NCBI GenBank assembly: GCA_963667015.2
Contig: CAXXJJ010000004.1
Coordinates: 1,664,001-1,728,000 of the forward strand
Source of the DNA: Desulfatiglandales bacterium
GTDB lineage: Bacteria; Desulfobacterota; DSM-4660; Desulfatiglandales; HGW-15
Direction: 5' to 3'
DNA length: 64,000 bases
The notes below the pieces were generated by a model. It was not told the DNA's origin. It saw only the letters and a program-made list of their open reading frames with translations, and did not search any database. How positions within the stretch are numbered: position 1 is the first letter of the stretch; each line of letters opens with the position of its first letter. A program made the translations under genes and the position numbers. Below are positions 40,912 through 50,999 of the stretch, piece by piece.

Positions 40912-43900
40912 TTAAAGGGGTATGGTAATTATTACAGTAGCTCCTTTCTGGGGTTCACCGGTTATATCCATATGCCATCCATGCTGCTCGATTATTTGTC
41001 TTGTAATCGGAACTCCAAGGCCAACGCCAAAGGTTTTTGTGCTGTACAACGGTTCAAATATTTTACTTTTATGCTCCATATCAAATCCCACACCATTATC
41101 CGAAATTTCAACAATCAGATTTCCGGCATTCCTGTGAGTTGTCATAGTAACGATTCCCGGCTCATCAGCTCCCTTTTCCTGAATAGACTGATAGGCATTG
41201 TTCAATATATTAACCATGCTTTGCCTGAACCGTTCCGTATCCATATCTATTACTGTATTCGCGTTTAACTCTTTATTAATGGAAATACCTTCAGGAATCC
41301 CTGTTTCTTCAATTACTTCGCTCAACCATCTATCAATCGGTGTTGGTTCGAGTTTCAAATCACGTGATCTGGAATAATCCAACAGTTCATCTATAATCAG
41401 ATCACAGCGCCTGATATTTCTCTCAACACGATCCAGGGCTGTTGCCACCTTTTCGTCCTGCCCCTTCAATCTTCTATGGACAGAATAAACTGATGATCTG
41501 ATGGTGCCGAGCGGATTCCGCAGCTCATGGCTCACTGTAGCGGTAAGCCTTCCCAGGGTAGCCATCTTTTCACTTATAACAAGTTCCTTCTGGGCGTCCT
41601 TCAGTTCTGCAGTTCGTTCATCAACCATTATTTCCAGATGCTTTCTGTATCTCTCCAGTTCCAGATCAGCCTTATCTCTCATAAGCGCATTTGCAAATAT
41701 TTCAGCAATCAGCTTGAGTCTCCTGATCTGTTCCTCTTCCCATTTTTTTTCAAAGGTTAATGTTGAAACAGACATGGTCCCCAGCAAAAGGTCACCGGCT
41801 TTCACGGGGAGTAACAGTATTGATTTTGTACCGTCCTTTTTCATTTCGTTGAGCCCGTAACTTAAATCATCCGGAAAGCTGCCATTTAAACTTTCATATT
41901 TGATTATGTCATCTCTGACAAGATACTTATGGAACCCGAACGTACCTGAATGTTTAGGGCTAATTGCCCTGAATCTATTAACAGTGTCAGCATTTGTATA
42001 TGAATATAATAAGTTAACCTGGGTATAGTTGTCCTGATATTCACTGACTGTACATCTTTCGACATTAAGGATCGATGCAAAACGCTCAAGCCAGAGATTT
42101 ATTTCCTGCTTTGCATCATCAAGCTTAACATTTATAAGGGCGGCAGAAAATTCCGAAACAAGTTCCTCAAATTTCAGTCGTGCTTCAAGTTCTATTTTAG
42201 CTTTATTCAACTCCGAAATATCCCTTGTAAAACAGAAAAAAAGCTGCTCCCCCGCTAAAAAGTTTGTGCTTATCTCAACATCAAAAAATGCTCCATCCTT
42301 CCTGATATGCGTTCTTTCTCTATGAGATGATCCTCTTTCAACGGAATCAGCCCCAATTTTATCCACCTCTCCATAATTTTTAGAAGAATCGATATCTGCT
42401 ATTTTCATTTTAAGGAGTTCATCACGGCTGTACCCTGACATACGGCAATATTCATCATTTACTACAAGTATATTTTGATCCATATCAGAAATCCAGAAAC
42501 CTACATTTGCAGTCTTAATAATGGAAGAATACCTTTCCTGCAGGTGCTGCCTGCGTTTCATCTCCTCAATCAGGGCATCACTTGACCGTTTTCGTGAGAT
42601 GGCATTGGCAATGATTTCACCAATAAGCTTTATCCTTCTTACAAGTTCATCTGACCATTTTCGTTCAATTCTGTAGCATGCAAATGTAAGATTCCCAAGT
42701 ATCTGATTACCTGCGGTAAGAGGTACTATTACAAGAGATTTTGTATTATGCTCCTCTATTACCCATCCGCGTAAGTATACCGGCAGGTCATCCGGTATTC
42801 TTTCGGATCTGACCACTACTCCATTTTTAAATTCATCCATTACCTTAGGCGGAACCTGCATTATTTCTTCAGGAGGATCAATCTCTATATCGGGATTTGT
42901 ATAATTCATAAGAGACTTAATAGTTTTTCCATCATCAATGTATTCATAGGCAATACCCCTGTCCACCTCTAAAAATTCTACAAATTTTTTTAACCACAGA
43001 TTAAGCTCTATATTGATATCATCCAGATCAATATTTATGAGTGCAGCGGAAAACTCAGCAGTCAACTCCTCAAATTTCAGACGGTCTTCCAGGTCCTTTC
43101 TTGCTATTTTGAGCTCTGTAACATCCCTTATAAAACCGCAGACAAGGCCTTCCTTTTGAAGCAGATTAGCACTGATCAGGACATCAACAACTTTACCATC
43201 TTTTCTTATATGACCTGTCTCATGATGAAAGGCCCCTGTTTTAAATATTCCAGACTTATCATTGTCAACTTTCTCGGGATTCCCGGATATATCAAGCTGG
43301 TAAATCTTCATATTAAGGAGCTCAGCACGACTGTAACCTGACATTTCACAATAGGCATCGTTAACCTCAAGGATGCGGGCATCCATGTCAGAAATCATAA
43401 ACCCGACATTGGCGCTTTTAATAATTGATGAGTATCTATCTTCAAGCATATGCCTGCGCTCCATCTCTTCAAGAAGCGCTTCATGGGAACGCAGACGCAG
43501 GACAGCATTACCAACAATTTCGGCTATAAGCCTTATTCTCCTTATAAGCTCCTCTGACCACCTGCGTTCATTTCTGTAATTGGTAAATGCCAGATTACCG
43601 AATATCCTGTTGCCTGTTAAAAGGGGGACAATTATCAGTGATTTGGCATTGCTCTTTTCAATATAGCTCCCGCTAAACATAGGATGGAGGTCTTCGGGTA
43701 TTTTTTCGGCTACGATTATACCCTTTTTCAGTTCCGTTATTTCCCCTTCCGGAGTTTTACGAATATCCGGAATAGGTATATTAATTCCCGGAACCGAATA
43801 TTGAATAAGGTTTTTAATAGTCTTATGGTTATCCTGATATTCATTTATACCTGCCCTGTCCGCATCAATCAGTCCTACAAATTTTTCAAGCCATTTTCCA

Positions 43901-46773
43901 AGCTCATCTGCAATATCATCCGGTTGAATGTTTATAAGCGCAGTAGAAAATCCTGAAACAAGCTCTTCGAATTTAAGTCGCTCTTCCTGCTCCCTTTTTG
44001 CCTTATTTGCCTCTGTAATATCCCTTATAAAATTAAAAATAAGATCTTCCTTCTCAAGGAAGTTGCTGCTCAAGGCCACATCAAAAAATGTACCGTCTTT
44101 TCTTCTGTGAGCTGTCTCAATAAACAAACCGGTTTTTTTAAGTAATTCTTTCTTCTCAGGAGTCAACTCATTCTTGGCAGACAGGGATTCATCTATCTTT
44201 TCCACACCCATACCAATCAATTCATCACGACTGTATCCCGACATCTCACAATAGGCATCGTTGACATCAAGGATTATTGAATTCATATCAGATACCATAA
44301 ATCCCAGATCAGCATTTTTTATGAATGAGGTATACCTTTCCTCCAGCACCTGCCGGCGTTCCATTTCCGCAAAAAGCACTTCATGTGAACGTTTACGCAA
44401 TATTGCATTGGCAATAATTTCTCCGATCAGTTTGATTCTGCTTACCAGCTCGTCGGACCACTTACGTTCATTGCGGTAGTTCAAAAATGTAAGGTTTCCG
44501 ATTACCTCATTACCTGCTTTTATGGGGACTATTATAATGGATTTTGCGTTCTCCTTTTCTACAATCCCTCCCCGGAGTCCTTCGGGAAGATCATCGGGTA
44601 TCTTCTCAGCTATAACACTTAAACCTCTTATAAAGTCCTCTCTTATGCCACCGGGAATTCTGTGGTATTCCGTAAGATCAACATCAATTCCCGGAATGGA
44701 ATAATTGAGTAAAAGATGAATCATGTCCTCGTCATAGAGGTGTTCATTTACTATTCCCCGGTCAACCTGGAGGAATTCAACAAATTTTTTCAACCATTTA
44801 TTGAGTTCATAATACATATTCTCCGGAGCTATATTTATTAATGCAGCAGAAAATTCAGAAGCAAGCTCTTCAAACCTGAGTCTTTCCGCCTGTTCTCTTT
44901 TTGTTTTATTGAGTTCTGTAATATCTCTCATAAAACTGAACAGGAGGTTTTCTCTTTTAAGCAGAGAACTGCTGACATCAAGGTCCATCAAAGTGCCATC
45001 TCTCCTTATGTGGGTTACTTCATGGTGGGAAGCGCCAATACCCAATATTTCTTCTGTAATATCGCCCTCACCCGATCCAAAAGAAATATCGATGTCCGGG
45101 ATTTTCATTGATAGAATTTCTTCCCGGCTGTAACCTGACATACGACAATATTCATCATTTACAACCAGAATATTTTGCTCTTTATCGGAAATCCAGAACC
45201 CGATATTTGCATTTCTTATTATCGATGAATATCTGTCCTCAAGTTTTTTACGCTGTTCGGTTTCCTTTATGAGATTTTCATGGGAACGCACACGAAGGAT
45301 GGCATTTGCAATGATTTCACCTACAAGCTTGATTCGCCTTACAAGATCATCAGACCATTTCCGTTCCGACTCATAATCGGCAAAGGCCAGATTGCCGAAT
45401 GCCTTGTTACCGGAGAAAAGGGGAACAATAATAATAGACCTGGCCTTAAAATCTCTGGGAAAGGTCGGAGGCAGGTCTTCCGGTATTTTTTCTGCCTTAA
45501 TTAAAATACCTTTCCTGAATTCCTCCATCGTTTTTTTCTTTATTTGAAAAGAACTGTCCAGAGGTGCGGCATCAATCCCCGGAACTGTATATTGCATCAG
45601 GACCCTGGCAGCATCCTGATCAACAAAATATTCAGTAACAACGCCTCTCCCGGCCTTCAGAAATTCTACAAATTCCTTTAACCAGTTATTAATGACAACA
45701 TATATATCTTCCGGATTAATATTGATGAGTGCTGCTGAGAAATCGGATATTAGCTCTTCAAATTTAAGACGTTCTTCCAGCTGCACCTTTGTTTTGTTGA
45801 GCTCAGTAATATCTCTTATAAAGGTACAAACTATTCCTTCCTCTTCAAAATAATTACCGCTTACCTCAACATCAAACAGGCCTCCATCCTTCCTTAAGTG
45901 AGATGTTATCAGACGCCTTACCCTGATTTCATGGAGCCCCTCAGCCTCTTTTTCAACTTTACCGGAATCCACGGAAGCATCGATTTCCCAGATTTTTTTC
46001 TTAAGAAGTTCATCGCGGCTGTAGCCTGACATACGACAATATTCATCATTTACTTCTAGAATATTCTGGTCTAAATCTGATATTAAAAAACCAACATTTG
46101 AATTTTTCAGTATTACTGAATATCTTTTCTCAAGTGCCTCTCGTCGCTCCATTTCCTGATTCAGACTTTTATGAGAATGTATTCGAATTATTGCGTTTGC
46201 TATAATTTCGCCAATAAGTTTAATTCGTCGGATTAAATCATCTGACCATTTACGCTTTTTGCGGTGGCTGGCAAACAACAGACTTCCGATCACCTTTTTA
46301 TCAACTGTCAATGGAGCTATGATAATAGATTTAGTATTAGTTTTTTCTATTATACCTCCACGAAAACTTTCAGGCAGGTCCTCAGGTATCTTTTCAGCCT
46401 TGACAAGAATGCCCTTTTTGAACTCCCTGATAACGCCTTGAGGAGGCTGGTAAGTATCCATGACCGGTTCAATATCTATTTCAGGGACAGTGTAATTCAA
46501 TAGGCAATGGACTGTTTTTCCATCTTCCAGAAATTCATTTACAATACATCTGTCCACCTTTAGAAACTCAGCAAACTTTTTCAGCCAGCTGTTTAATTCT
46601 TTCTCAAGCCCCTCTTCAGGAGTGCTTATAAGAGCGGCTGAAAATCCTGAAATCAGTTTTTCAAACTGATAAATATTTTTTGAGATTTTATTTTTAGTGG
46701 AAGGATTTTTTTTTACTGCATTTCCGGGACGGGATTTTGATGACTCTCTGCTCTTGTCTTTTTTATTTGCCAT
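40912..46773 (-). CDS. Giant cytoplasmic sensor histidine kinase, (GAF-PAS)x5-GAF-HisKA-HATPase
   Basis: Six GAF and five PAS repeats at about 298-aa period; SHELRNPL, DNGVG, GVGLG; paralog of the adjacent kinase. Confidence 0.92.
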   Translation of the reverse strand: MANKKDKSRESSKSRPGNAVKKNPSTKNKISKNIYQFEKLISGFSAALISTPEEGLEKELNSWLKKFAEFLKVDRCIVNEFLEDGKTVHCLLNYTVPEIDIEPVMDTYQPPQGVIREFKKGILVKAEKIPEDLPESFRGGIIEKTNTKSIIIAPLTVDKKVIGSLLFASHRKKRKWSDDLIRRIKLIGEIIANAIIRIHSHKSLNQEMERREALEKRYSVILKNSNVGFLISDLDQNILEVNDEYCRMSGYSRDELLKKKIWEIDASVDSGKVEKEAEGLHEIRVRRLITSHLRKDGGLFDVEVSGNYFEEEGIVCTFIRDITELNKTKVQLEERLKFEELISDFSAALININPEDIYVVINNWLKEFVEFLKAGRGVVTEYFVDQDAARVLMQYTVPGIDAAPLDSSFQIKKKTMEEFRKGILIKAEKIPEDLPPTFPRDFKARSIIIVPLFSGNKAFGNLAFADYESERKWSDDLVRRIKLVGEIIANAILRVRSHENLIKETEQRKKLEDRYSSIIRNANIGFWISDKEQNILVVNDEYCRMSGYSREEILSMKIPDIDISFGSGEGDITEEILGIGASHHEVTHIRRDGTLMDLDVSSSLLKRENLLFSFMRDITELNKTKREQAERLRFEELASEFSAALINIAPENMYYELNKWLKKFVEFLQVDRGIVNEHLYDEDMIHLLLNYSIPGIDVDLTEYHRIPGGIREDFIRGLSVIAEKIPDDLPEGLRGGIVEKENAKSIIIVPIKAGNEVIGNLTFLNYRNERKWSDELVSRIKLIGEIIANAILRKRSHEVLFAEMERRQVLEERYTSFIKNADLGFMVSDMNSIILDVNDAYCEMSGYSRDELIGMGVEKIDESLSAKNELTPEKKELLKKTGLFIETAHRRKDGTFFDVALSSNFLEKEDLIFNFIRDITEANKAKREQEERLKFEELVSGFSTALINIQPDDIADELGKWLEKFVGLIDADRAGINEYQDNHKTIKNLIQYSVPGINIPIPDIRKTPEGEITELKKGIIVAEKIPEDLHPMFSGSYIEKSNAKSLIIVPLLTGNRIFGNLAFTNYRNERRWSEELIRRIRLIAEIVGNAVLRLRSHEALLEEMERRHMLEDRYSSIIKSANVGFMISDMDARILEVNDAYCEMSGYSRAELLNMKIYQLDISGNPEKVDNDKSGIFKTGAFHHETGHIRKDGKVVDVLISANLLQKEGLVCGFIRDVTELKIARKDLEDRLKFEELTAEFSAALINIDLDDINIELNLWLKKFVEFLEVDRGIAYEYIDDGKTIKSLMNYTNPDIEIDPPEEIMQVPPKVMDEFKNGVVVRSERIPDDLPVYLRGWVIEEHNTKSLVIVPLTAGNQILGNLTFACYRIERKWSDELVRRIKLIGEIIANAISRKRSSDALIEEMKRRQHLQERYSSIIKTANVGFWISDMDQNILVVNDEYCRMSGYSRDELLKMKIADIDSSKNYGEVDKIGADSVERGSSHRERTHIRKDGAFFDVEISTNFLAGEQLFFCFTRDISELNKAKIELEARLKFEELVSEFSAALINVKLDDAKQEINLWLERFASILNVERCTVSEYQDNYTQVNLLYSYTNADTVNRFRAISPKHSGTFGFHKYLVRDDIIKYESLNGSFPDDLSYGLNEMKKDGTKSILLLPVKAGDLLLGTMSVSTLTFEKKWEEEQIRRLKLIAEIFANALMRDKADLELERYRKHLEIMVDERTAELKDAQKELVISEKMATLGRLTATVSHELRNPLGTIRSSVYSVHRRLKGQDEKVATALDRVERNIRRCDLIIDELLDYSRSRDLKLEPTPIDRWLSEVIEETGIPEGISINKELNANTVIDMDTERFRQSMVNILNNAYQSIQEKGADEPGIVTMTTHRNAGNLIVEISDNGVGFDMEHKSKIFEPLYSTKTFGVGLGVPITRQIIEQHGWHMDITGEPQKGATVIITIPL

Positions 46774-46929
46774 GTATCACCCTGTTAAGGAAACATATGT
46801 TAAAAATAAATTATATATGATGAACTTATTTAGAGTCAAGGTTCATAATTTTAATATCATATAGCCCCTTCTGCTTTTATATTTAATTTTTATCTTTATA
46901 AGGTTCCGGAGGCGAAGGCCCCGGGATAT

Positions 46930-47286
46930 TTATCCTGTTTCTGACTCACCCATAATAGTGTGTTCTTCAACGACCCACATTTTTGGCTCTTCGGACATAT
47001 CAGCTATCTTTGCCCAGTCCTCTCCAAGACCAAGATTCCGTGCTTCTTCAGTTGTATTGAATGCCATTGATTTATGAAAAGATTCGATATCATCATACCA
47101 GGTCTCTATTATTCCATCGCCATCGAAGTCATAACCGGGGATATCAACAAAATGATTTTGAACATATTTCTTCAGGTGGGGGATATGTTTTGCTACGAGG
47201 GGACCATGTACGTTTTTCCAGTATTTGTAAAATTCTTCTCTGCTGATTCCTTCCTTCCTTTTTACAACCATTATTACTTTGATCAT
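46930..47286 (-). CDS. EthD-family (Dabb) protein
   Basis: KRKEGISREEFYKYWKNVHGPL, YVQNH, DGIIETWYD. Confidence 0.85.
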   Translation of the reverse strand: MIKVIMVVKRKEGISREEFYKYWKNVHGPLVAKHIPHLKKYVQNHFVDIPGYDFDGDGIIETWYDDIESFHKSMAFNTTEEARNLGLGEDWAKIADMSEEPKMWVVEEHTIMGESETG

Positions 47287-47411
47287 AGTTTTCTCCGATG
47301 AGTTAGATGGAAAAAATTAGAAATAAATGTACGGGTTTGTTAAATCTATTGATTTTTAATTAGAGACTCCTTTAAGTTTGTTGTGAAGAAATAACATATA
47401 TAAACCACAGC

Positions 47412-47828
47412 TTAAGTGTCAAGACTCTGCTTTGCCTTTAATACTTCTCTCACCCGTTGACCATGAGCACAGGGAAGGCTGCAGTTTAAACAATCTCCTG
47501 AACAACGGGCGGTTCCGTTCAGGCCGCACATATAGCTGCATGTTCCGCATCCGCTGTTTGGCTGTATCCCGTTTCCGCTTATCCTGAAGGAAATCTTATC
47601 AGCATCAATTTTGATCGGTTTGACCCTGTCCCATAATTCCTTTTCGACAATAAAGGTAAATTCGTTAACAGGAATCACTTCATCTCCCTTTTTAGGTTTT
47701 TCAAGTGCAACACCAAAGGATCTGATTCCGCACCCTCCAAGTTTCACAAATATTCTTACAGATTTTTTATCTTTGTCCTTGAAAAAATCCCTGAGCAGGA
47801 GAATTGCCCTTAGAGTTAACTCAATCAT
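47412..47828 (-). CDS. IscA/HesB-like protein with Cys-rich C-terminal extension
   Basis: Start at MIELT (ATG 47828); VRIFVKLGGCG..FGVALE, FTFIVEKEL; tail CGTCSYMC...CSGDCLNCSLPCAH. Confidence 0.75.
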   Translation of the reverse strand: MIELTLRAILLLRDFFKDKDKKSVRIFVKLGGCGIRSFGVALEKPKKGDEVIPVNEFTFIVEKELWDRVKPIKIDADKISFRISGNGIQPNSGCGTCSYMCGLNGTARCSGDCLNCSLPCAHGQRVREVLKAKQSLDT

Positions 47829-48003
47829 GTTTACATTCTCGTCAGAATCAGTATTATCTTCAGTACATATTCTGTCCATAATTAATAATCTCTGGTGTAA
47901 ATTGCTAATATCATCAAGATTAACATTAATCCCGCAAAAATCAATTAACCTTTGGTCAGGTTTAATTTTATTAACACTATAACCAAAACAAGTGGGGGAT
48001 ATC

Positions 48004-48792
48004 ATGGATCTGGCAGATAAGAAAATAATTGTTACCGGAGCAGCCTCAGGCATCGGGGCTGAAAGCGCTAAAGAGATCAAGAGACAGGGCGGAACAGTAA
48101 TAGGTATTGACCTTAATCAACCGGCAAATAATATTGATGAGTATATAAGGGCCGATTTAACAGATCCTGAATCAATCGAATCTGCTGTAAGGGAGCTCCC
48201 TGACGGCATTGATGCCATTTGCAACATTGCAGGCCTGCCGCCTACAAAAGACAGGGTTATGGTACTCAAGGTAAATTTTCTGGGTCTCAGGCATTTTACT
48301 GAACTTATGATCAGCAAGCTGAATAATAATGCATCAATCGTTAACATGGCTTCTCTTGCCGGTTTTGAATGGTATAAAGCCGGGGGACAGATAAAGGAAT
48401 TGCTGACCCTGAGAGATTTTGACCGTGTCGAGGCCCTTTGTGACAGGATAGGGATTGCCAATGAAGACGGGCGTCCCTATTTTTTTTCAAAGGAAACCCT
48501 TATTGTCTGGACAATGATGAACCGATGGACCTGGCGGGACAGGGGTATAAGGATGAACTGCATAAGCCCTGGGCCGGTTCAAACCCCTATCCTTCCGGAC
48601 TTTCTGGAGACCCTCGGTGAAAGGGCTGAAGAGGATAGCCGAATTATGGACCGGCCGGGACAACCAGGAGATATTGCCCCGCTGGTTGCTTTTTTATGCA
48701 GTGACGGCAGCAGCTGGATTAGAGGTGCAAATATACCCTGCGACGGAGGAATGTACCAGCATATTCTCTGTGGTGAAAATAGGTATTTATAG
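48004..48792 (+). CDS. Short-chain dehydrogenase (coniferyl-alcohol / 3-alpha-hydroxysteroid dehydrogenase-like)
   Basis: VTGAASGIG, NIAG, VNFLGLR, YFFSK, ISPGPVQTP; ATG 48004 after GGGGA. Confidence 0.85.
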   Translation: MDLADKKIIVTGAASGIGAESAKEIKRQGGTVIGIDLNQPANNIDEYIRADLTDPESIESAVRELPDGIDAICNIAGLPPTKDRVMVLKVNFLGLRHFTELMISKLNNNASIVNMASLAGFEWYKAGGQIKELLTLRDFDRVEALCDRIGIANEDGRPYFFSKETLIVWTMMNRWTWRDRGIRMNCISPGPVQTPILPDFLETLGERAEEDSRIMDRPGQPGDIAPLVAFLCSDGSSWIRGANIPCDGGMYQHILCGENRYL

Positions 48793-48897
48793 AAAAAGGC
48801 AGGCTATACACTTGTGTTGGAAGATCTTAATGGGGAAGATCTAGCATGTAATCAATACAGCCCTGCTTTGCTTATTTAATCAATATAAGGATAATAA

Positions 48898-49329
48898 ATG
48901 ACAAAATTTATAAACACATCCCAAAATGATATTATTATAGGAAAACTAAGTTATGAAAACGACTTGCTTGAAGAACTGAACGGTATATGCATTGAAAAAA
49001 ATATTACCCTTGGGAAAATAGAGGCCATAGGTGCTGTAAAAAAGGCCTGTGTTGGATTTTACAACCAGATAAGCAGGGAATATCAATTTTTAGATTTTGA
49101 CAGGCCATCTGAAATATTAAACCTGACAGGAAATATTTCCATAAAAGACAATAAACCCTTTGTTCATGCTCATATTTTGCTTGCAGATGAATCAGGCAAT
49201 GCATATGGAGGACACCTGGCACCGGGCACGATAGTATTTGCATGTGAATTTATTATTTACAGTTTTTCCGGGGCGGAACTTAAAAGAGGCATGGATGATA
49301 AAACCGGCTTACCCCTCTGGAACATATAG
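48898..49329 (+). CDS. PPC/DUF296-domain protein
   Basis: AIGAV, EILNLTGNI, HAH, GGHL. Confidence 0.9.
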   Translation: MTKFINTSQNDIIIGKLSYENDLLEELNGICIEKNITLGKIEAIGAVKKACVGFYNQISREYQFLDFDRPSEILNLTGNISIKDNKPFVHAHILLADESGNAYGGHLAPGTIVFACEFIIYSFSGAELKRGMDDKTGLPLWNI

Positions 49330-49550
49330 TCAACCGAAGATGAGTATTTTTTTATACACTATAACATCATTATTACTAATCATACACCCGGTTATATAAT
49401 TTTAGCCATCAGCACCTGTAAAAGCCTTTTAAATAAATCTGCTTCCAAACACCCTGTAATGCTTCTGTTATTAATACCTATAATTTTTTACTATGGATTT
49501 TAGCCAGTTACAAACCACCCTCACATTAACCGGTTTATTTACCCGTTTTC

Positions 49551-49566
49551 TGGCATAAAGATTGAA
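49551..49566 (+). promoter_or_regulatory. Possible sigma54 promoter with variant -12 element
   Basis: TGGCATAAAGATTGAA: good -24 box, GA instead of GC at -12; about 60 nt upstream of ATG 49628. Confidence 0.4.
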
Positions 49567-49627
49567 CATAGAATAAGCCAAGAGATCAGGCTAAGGCCTT
49601 GTTTAATTTTTACCTGGAGGAAATGTC

Positions 49628-49939
49628 ATGAAAAAAATATTAATTATTATGATTCTGGTGGCAACAATATTTATCCCAATATCTCAGACAGGAGCATCTA
49701 TGAGAGGTAAGGATGTGATATATGAGTCTAAGGCAAAAGAATCACAGATTGTGACAAAGCAGGTATCAGATAATATATTAAACAGTCTATCAATGACTGT
49801 ACCGGAAAAAGTAAAAAAAGAAGAGATAACTAATAAAAGTACATTTAACATTCAGAAATCACCAAAGAAAAAGATCTCCAGCGAAAGAAAAGAACGTCTG
49901 GCTGGTTTGTTGTTACTGGCATATGGAGGTCAAAGATGA
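49628..49939 (+). CDS. Hypothetical secreted protein
   Basis: GGAGG RBS, MKK + hydrophobic signal peptide, ATGA overlap with the next gene. Confidence 0.7.
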   Translation: MKKILIIMILVATIFIPISQTGASMRGKDVIYESKAKESQIVTKQVSDNILNSLSMTVPEKVKKEEITNKSTFNIQKSPKKKISSERKERLAGLLLLAYGGQR

Positions 49940-50202
49940 AACGGCGGTTATTAACATTTATCACTGCACTCTTCATCCTTTTACTGGCTTCGAACTGTGC
50001 AGGGATTAAACCTTTTTTCCAGGTAGATAATTCGCCAGTATTTGCAGCTTCCGGTTCTAAATCTATGACTCAGATAAACATGCACAGTGACAGTTACAGC
50101 TATATACCTTCATCCGCACAAGAAGAAGGAATATTTAATCAAAACAAAGGACGACATAAATTCTCCGTATCATTTCCTGCTACAGCCAAGTTTGAATTCT
50201 AA
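49936..50202 (+). CDS. Hypothetical small lipoprotein
   Basis: GGAGG RBS, MKRR + hydrophobic stretch + ASNC (imperfect lipobox); ends in alternating pattern AKFEF. Confidence 0.6.
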   Translation: MKRRLLTFITALFILLLASNCAGIKPFFQVDNSPVFAASGSKSMTQINMHSDSYSYIPSSAQEEGIFNQNKGRHKFSVSFPATAKFEF

Positions 50203-50366
50203 TATTCTTCCCTCATCAATAAAAACAGGCATATCCTTGCTATTTTTTTTAACATGAATTAGATATTCATAACTTAGCCGATATTATATTTCACATAATT
50301 TCGATCATGATAATTAAGGGTTATGATCATGTGCATGACCCGGATAAGTTCAAAGGAGATATTGAA

Positions 50367-50894
50367 ATGTCAGAACTGAACTACAGTAACTCTCTTCCGG
50401 GCGTTTCCCGACCAGGGGAACCCAAAATGCATTTTTGTTTTGAGATTGCCCTTACCTTTCCCCGTGTGCAGAATATAAACAACATGCCTTCCGGCGCAGG
50501 CAGAGGAGCGGTATACCTTGATCAGGGTATAATATCAGGTCCCTACCTTAACGGGAAAATTGTGCCTCACAGCGGTGGAGACTATGCCTTATTCAGACCC
50601 GATGATACAGTAGAACTAAATGCACGCTATATGCTTGAAGCAGATGACGGCACTTTAATTTTTATGCAGAGCCGTGGATTTCTATGGGGCAGATATAAAG
50701 ACTCAATGAAAAAAATCAAGGCATGGATGTTCGAGAATGGACCGGAGGTCTCTTCGGATGAATACTATCTTCGCGCTAACCCCGTATTTGAGGTTGAGGA
50801 AGGTAAATATGACTGGCTCACCCGTTATGTCTTTGTCGGAATAGGTACACGTCAAAAACTTGGAAACACTATTCGATATTATGCATTGCTTTAA
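50367..50894 (+). CDS. DUF3237 (UPF0311) family protein
   Basis: GPYLNGKIV..GGDY, LNARYMLEADDG, YLRANPVFE, YDWL..VFVG; ATG 50367 after AAGGAG. Confidence 0.85.
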   Translation: MSELNYSNSLPGVSRPGEPKMHFCFEIALTFPRVQNINNMPSGAGRGAVYLDQGIISGPYLNGKIVPHSGGDYALFRPDDTVELNARYMLEADDGTLIFMQSRGFLWGRYKDSMKKIKAWMFENGPEVSSDEYYLRANPVFEVEEGKYDWLTRYVFVGIGTRQKLGNTIRYYALL

Positions 50895-50999
50895 CAATAT
50901 ACTTAAAAGATAAAATATTGACATAAATAAAGGGAAGGAATAGACAGTATTCAAGACGTTTATTTATTTTTTCAATTTTAGTTGAGGTAAAAATACATT

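Noticed and set aside
37625..46773. The ~900-bp repeats as an assembly artefact or mobile element
   Set aside because: Copies are clearly diverged, stay in frame, and have no terminal repeats or transposase.
47918..47931. Palindrome GATTAACATTAATC between the divergent HesB-like and SDR genes
   Set aside because: AT-rich context makes chance likely, and no adjacent regulator can be assigned.
47829..48080. 84-aa N-terminal extension of the HesB-like ORF
   Set aside because: It overlaps the divergent SDR gene and the AT-rich promoter region; family resemblance begins at MIELT (47828).
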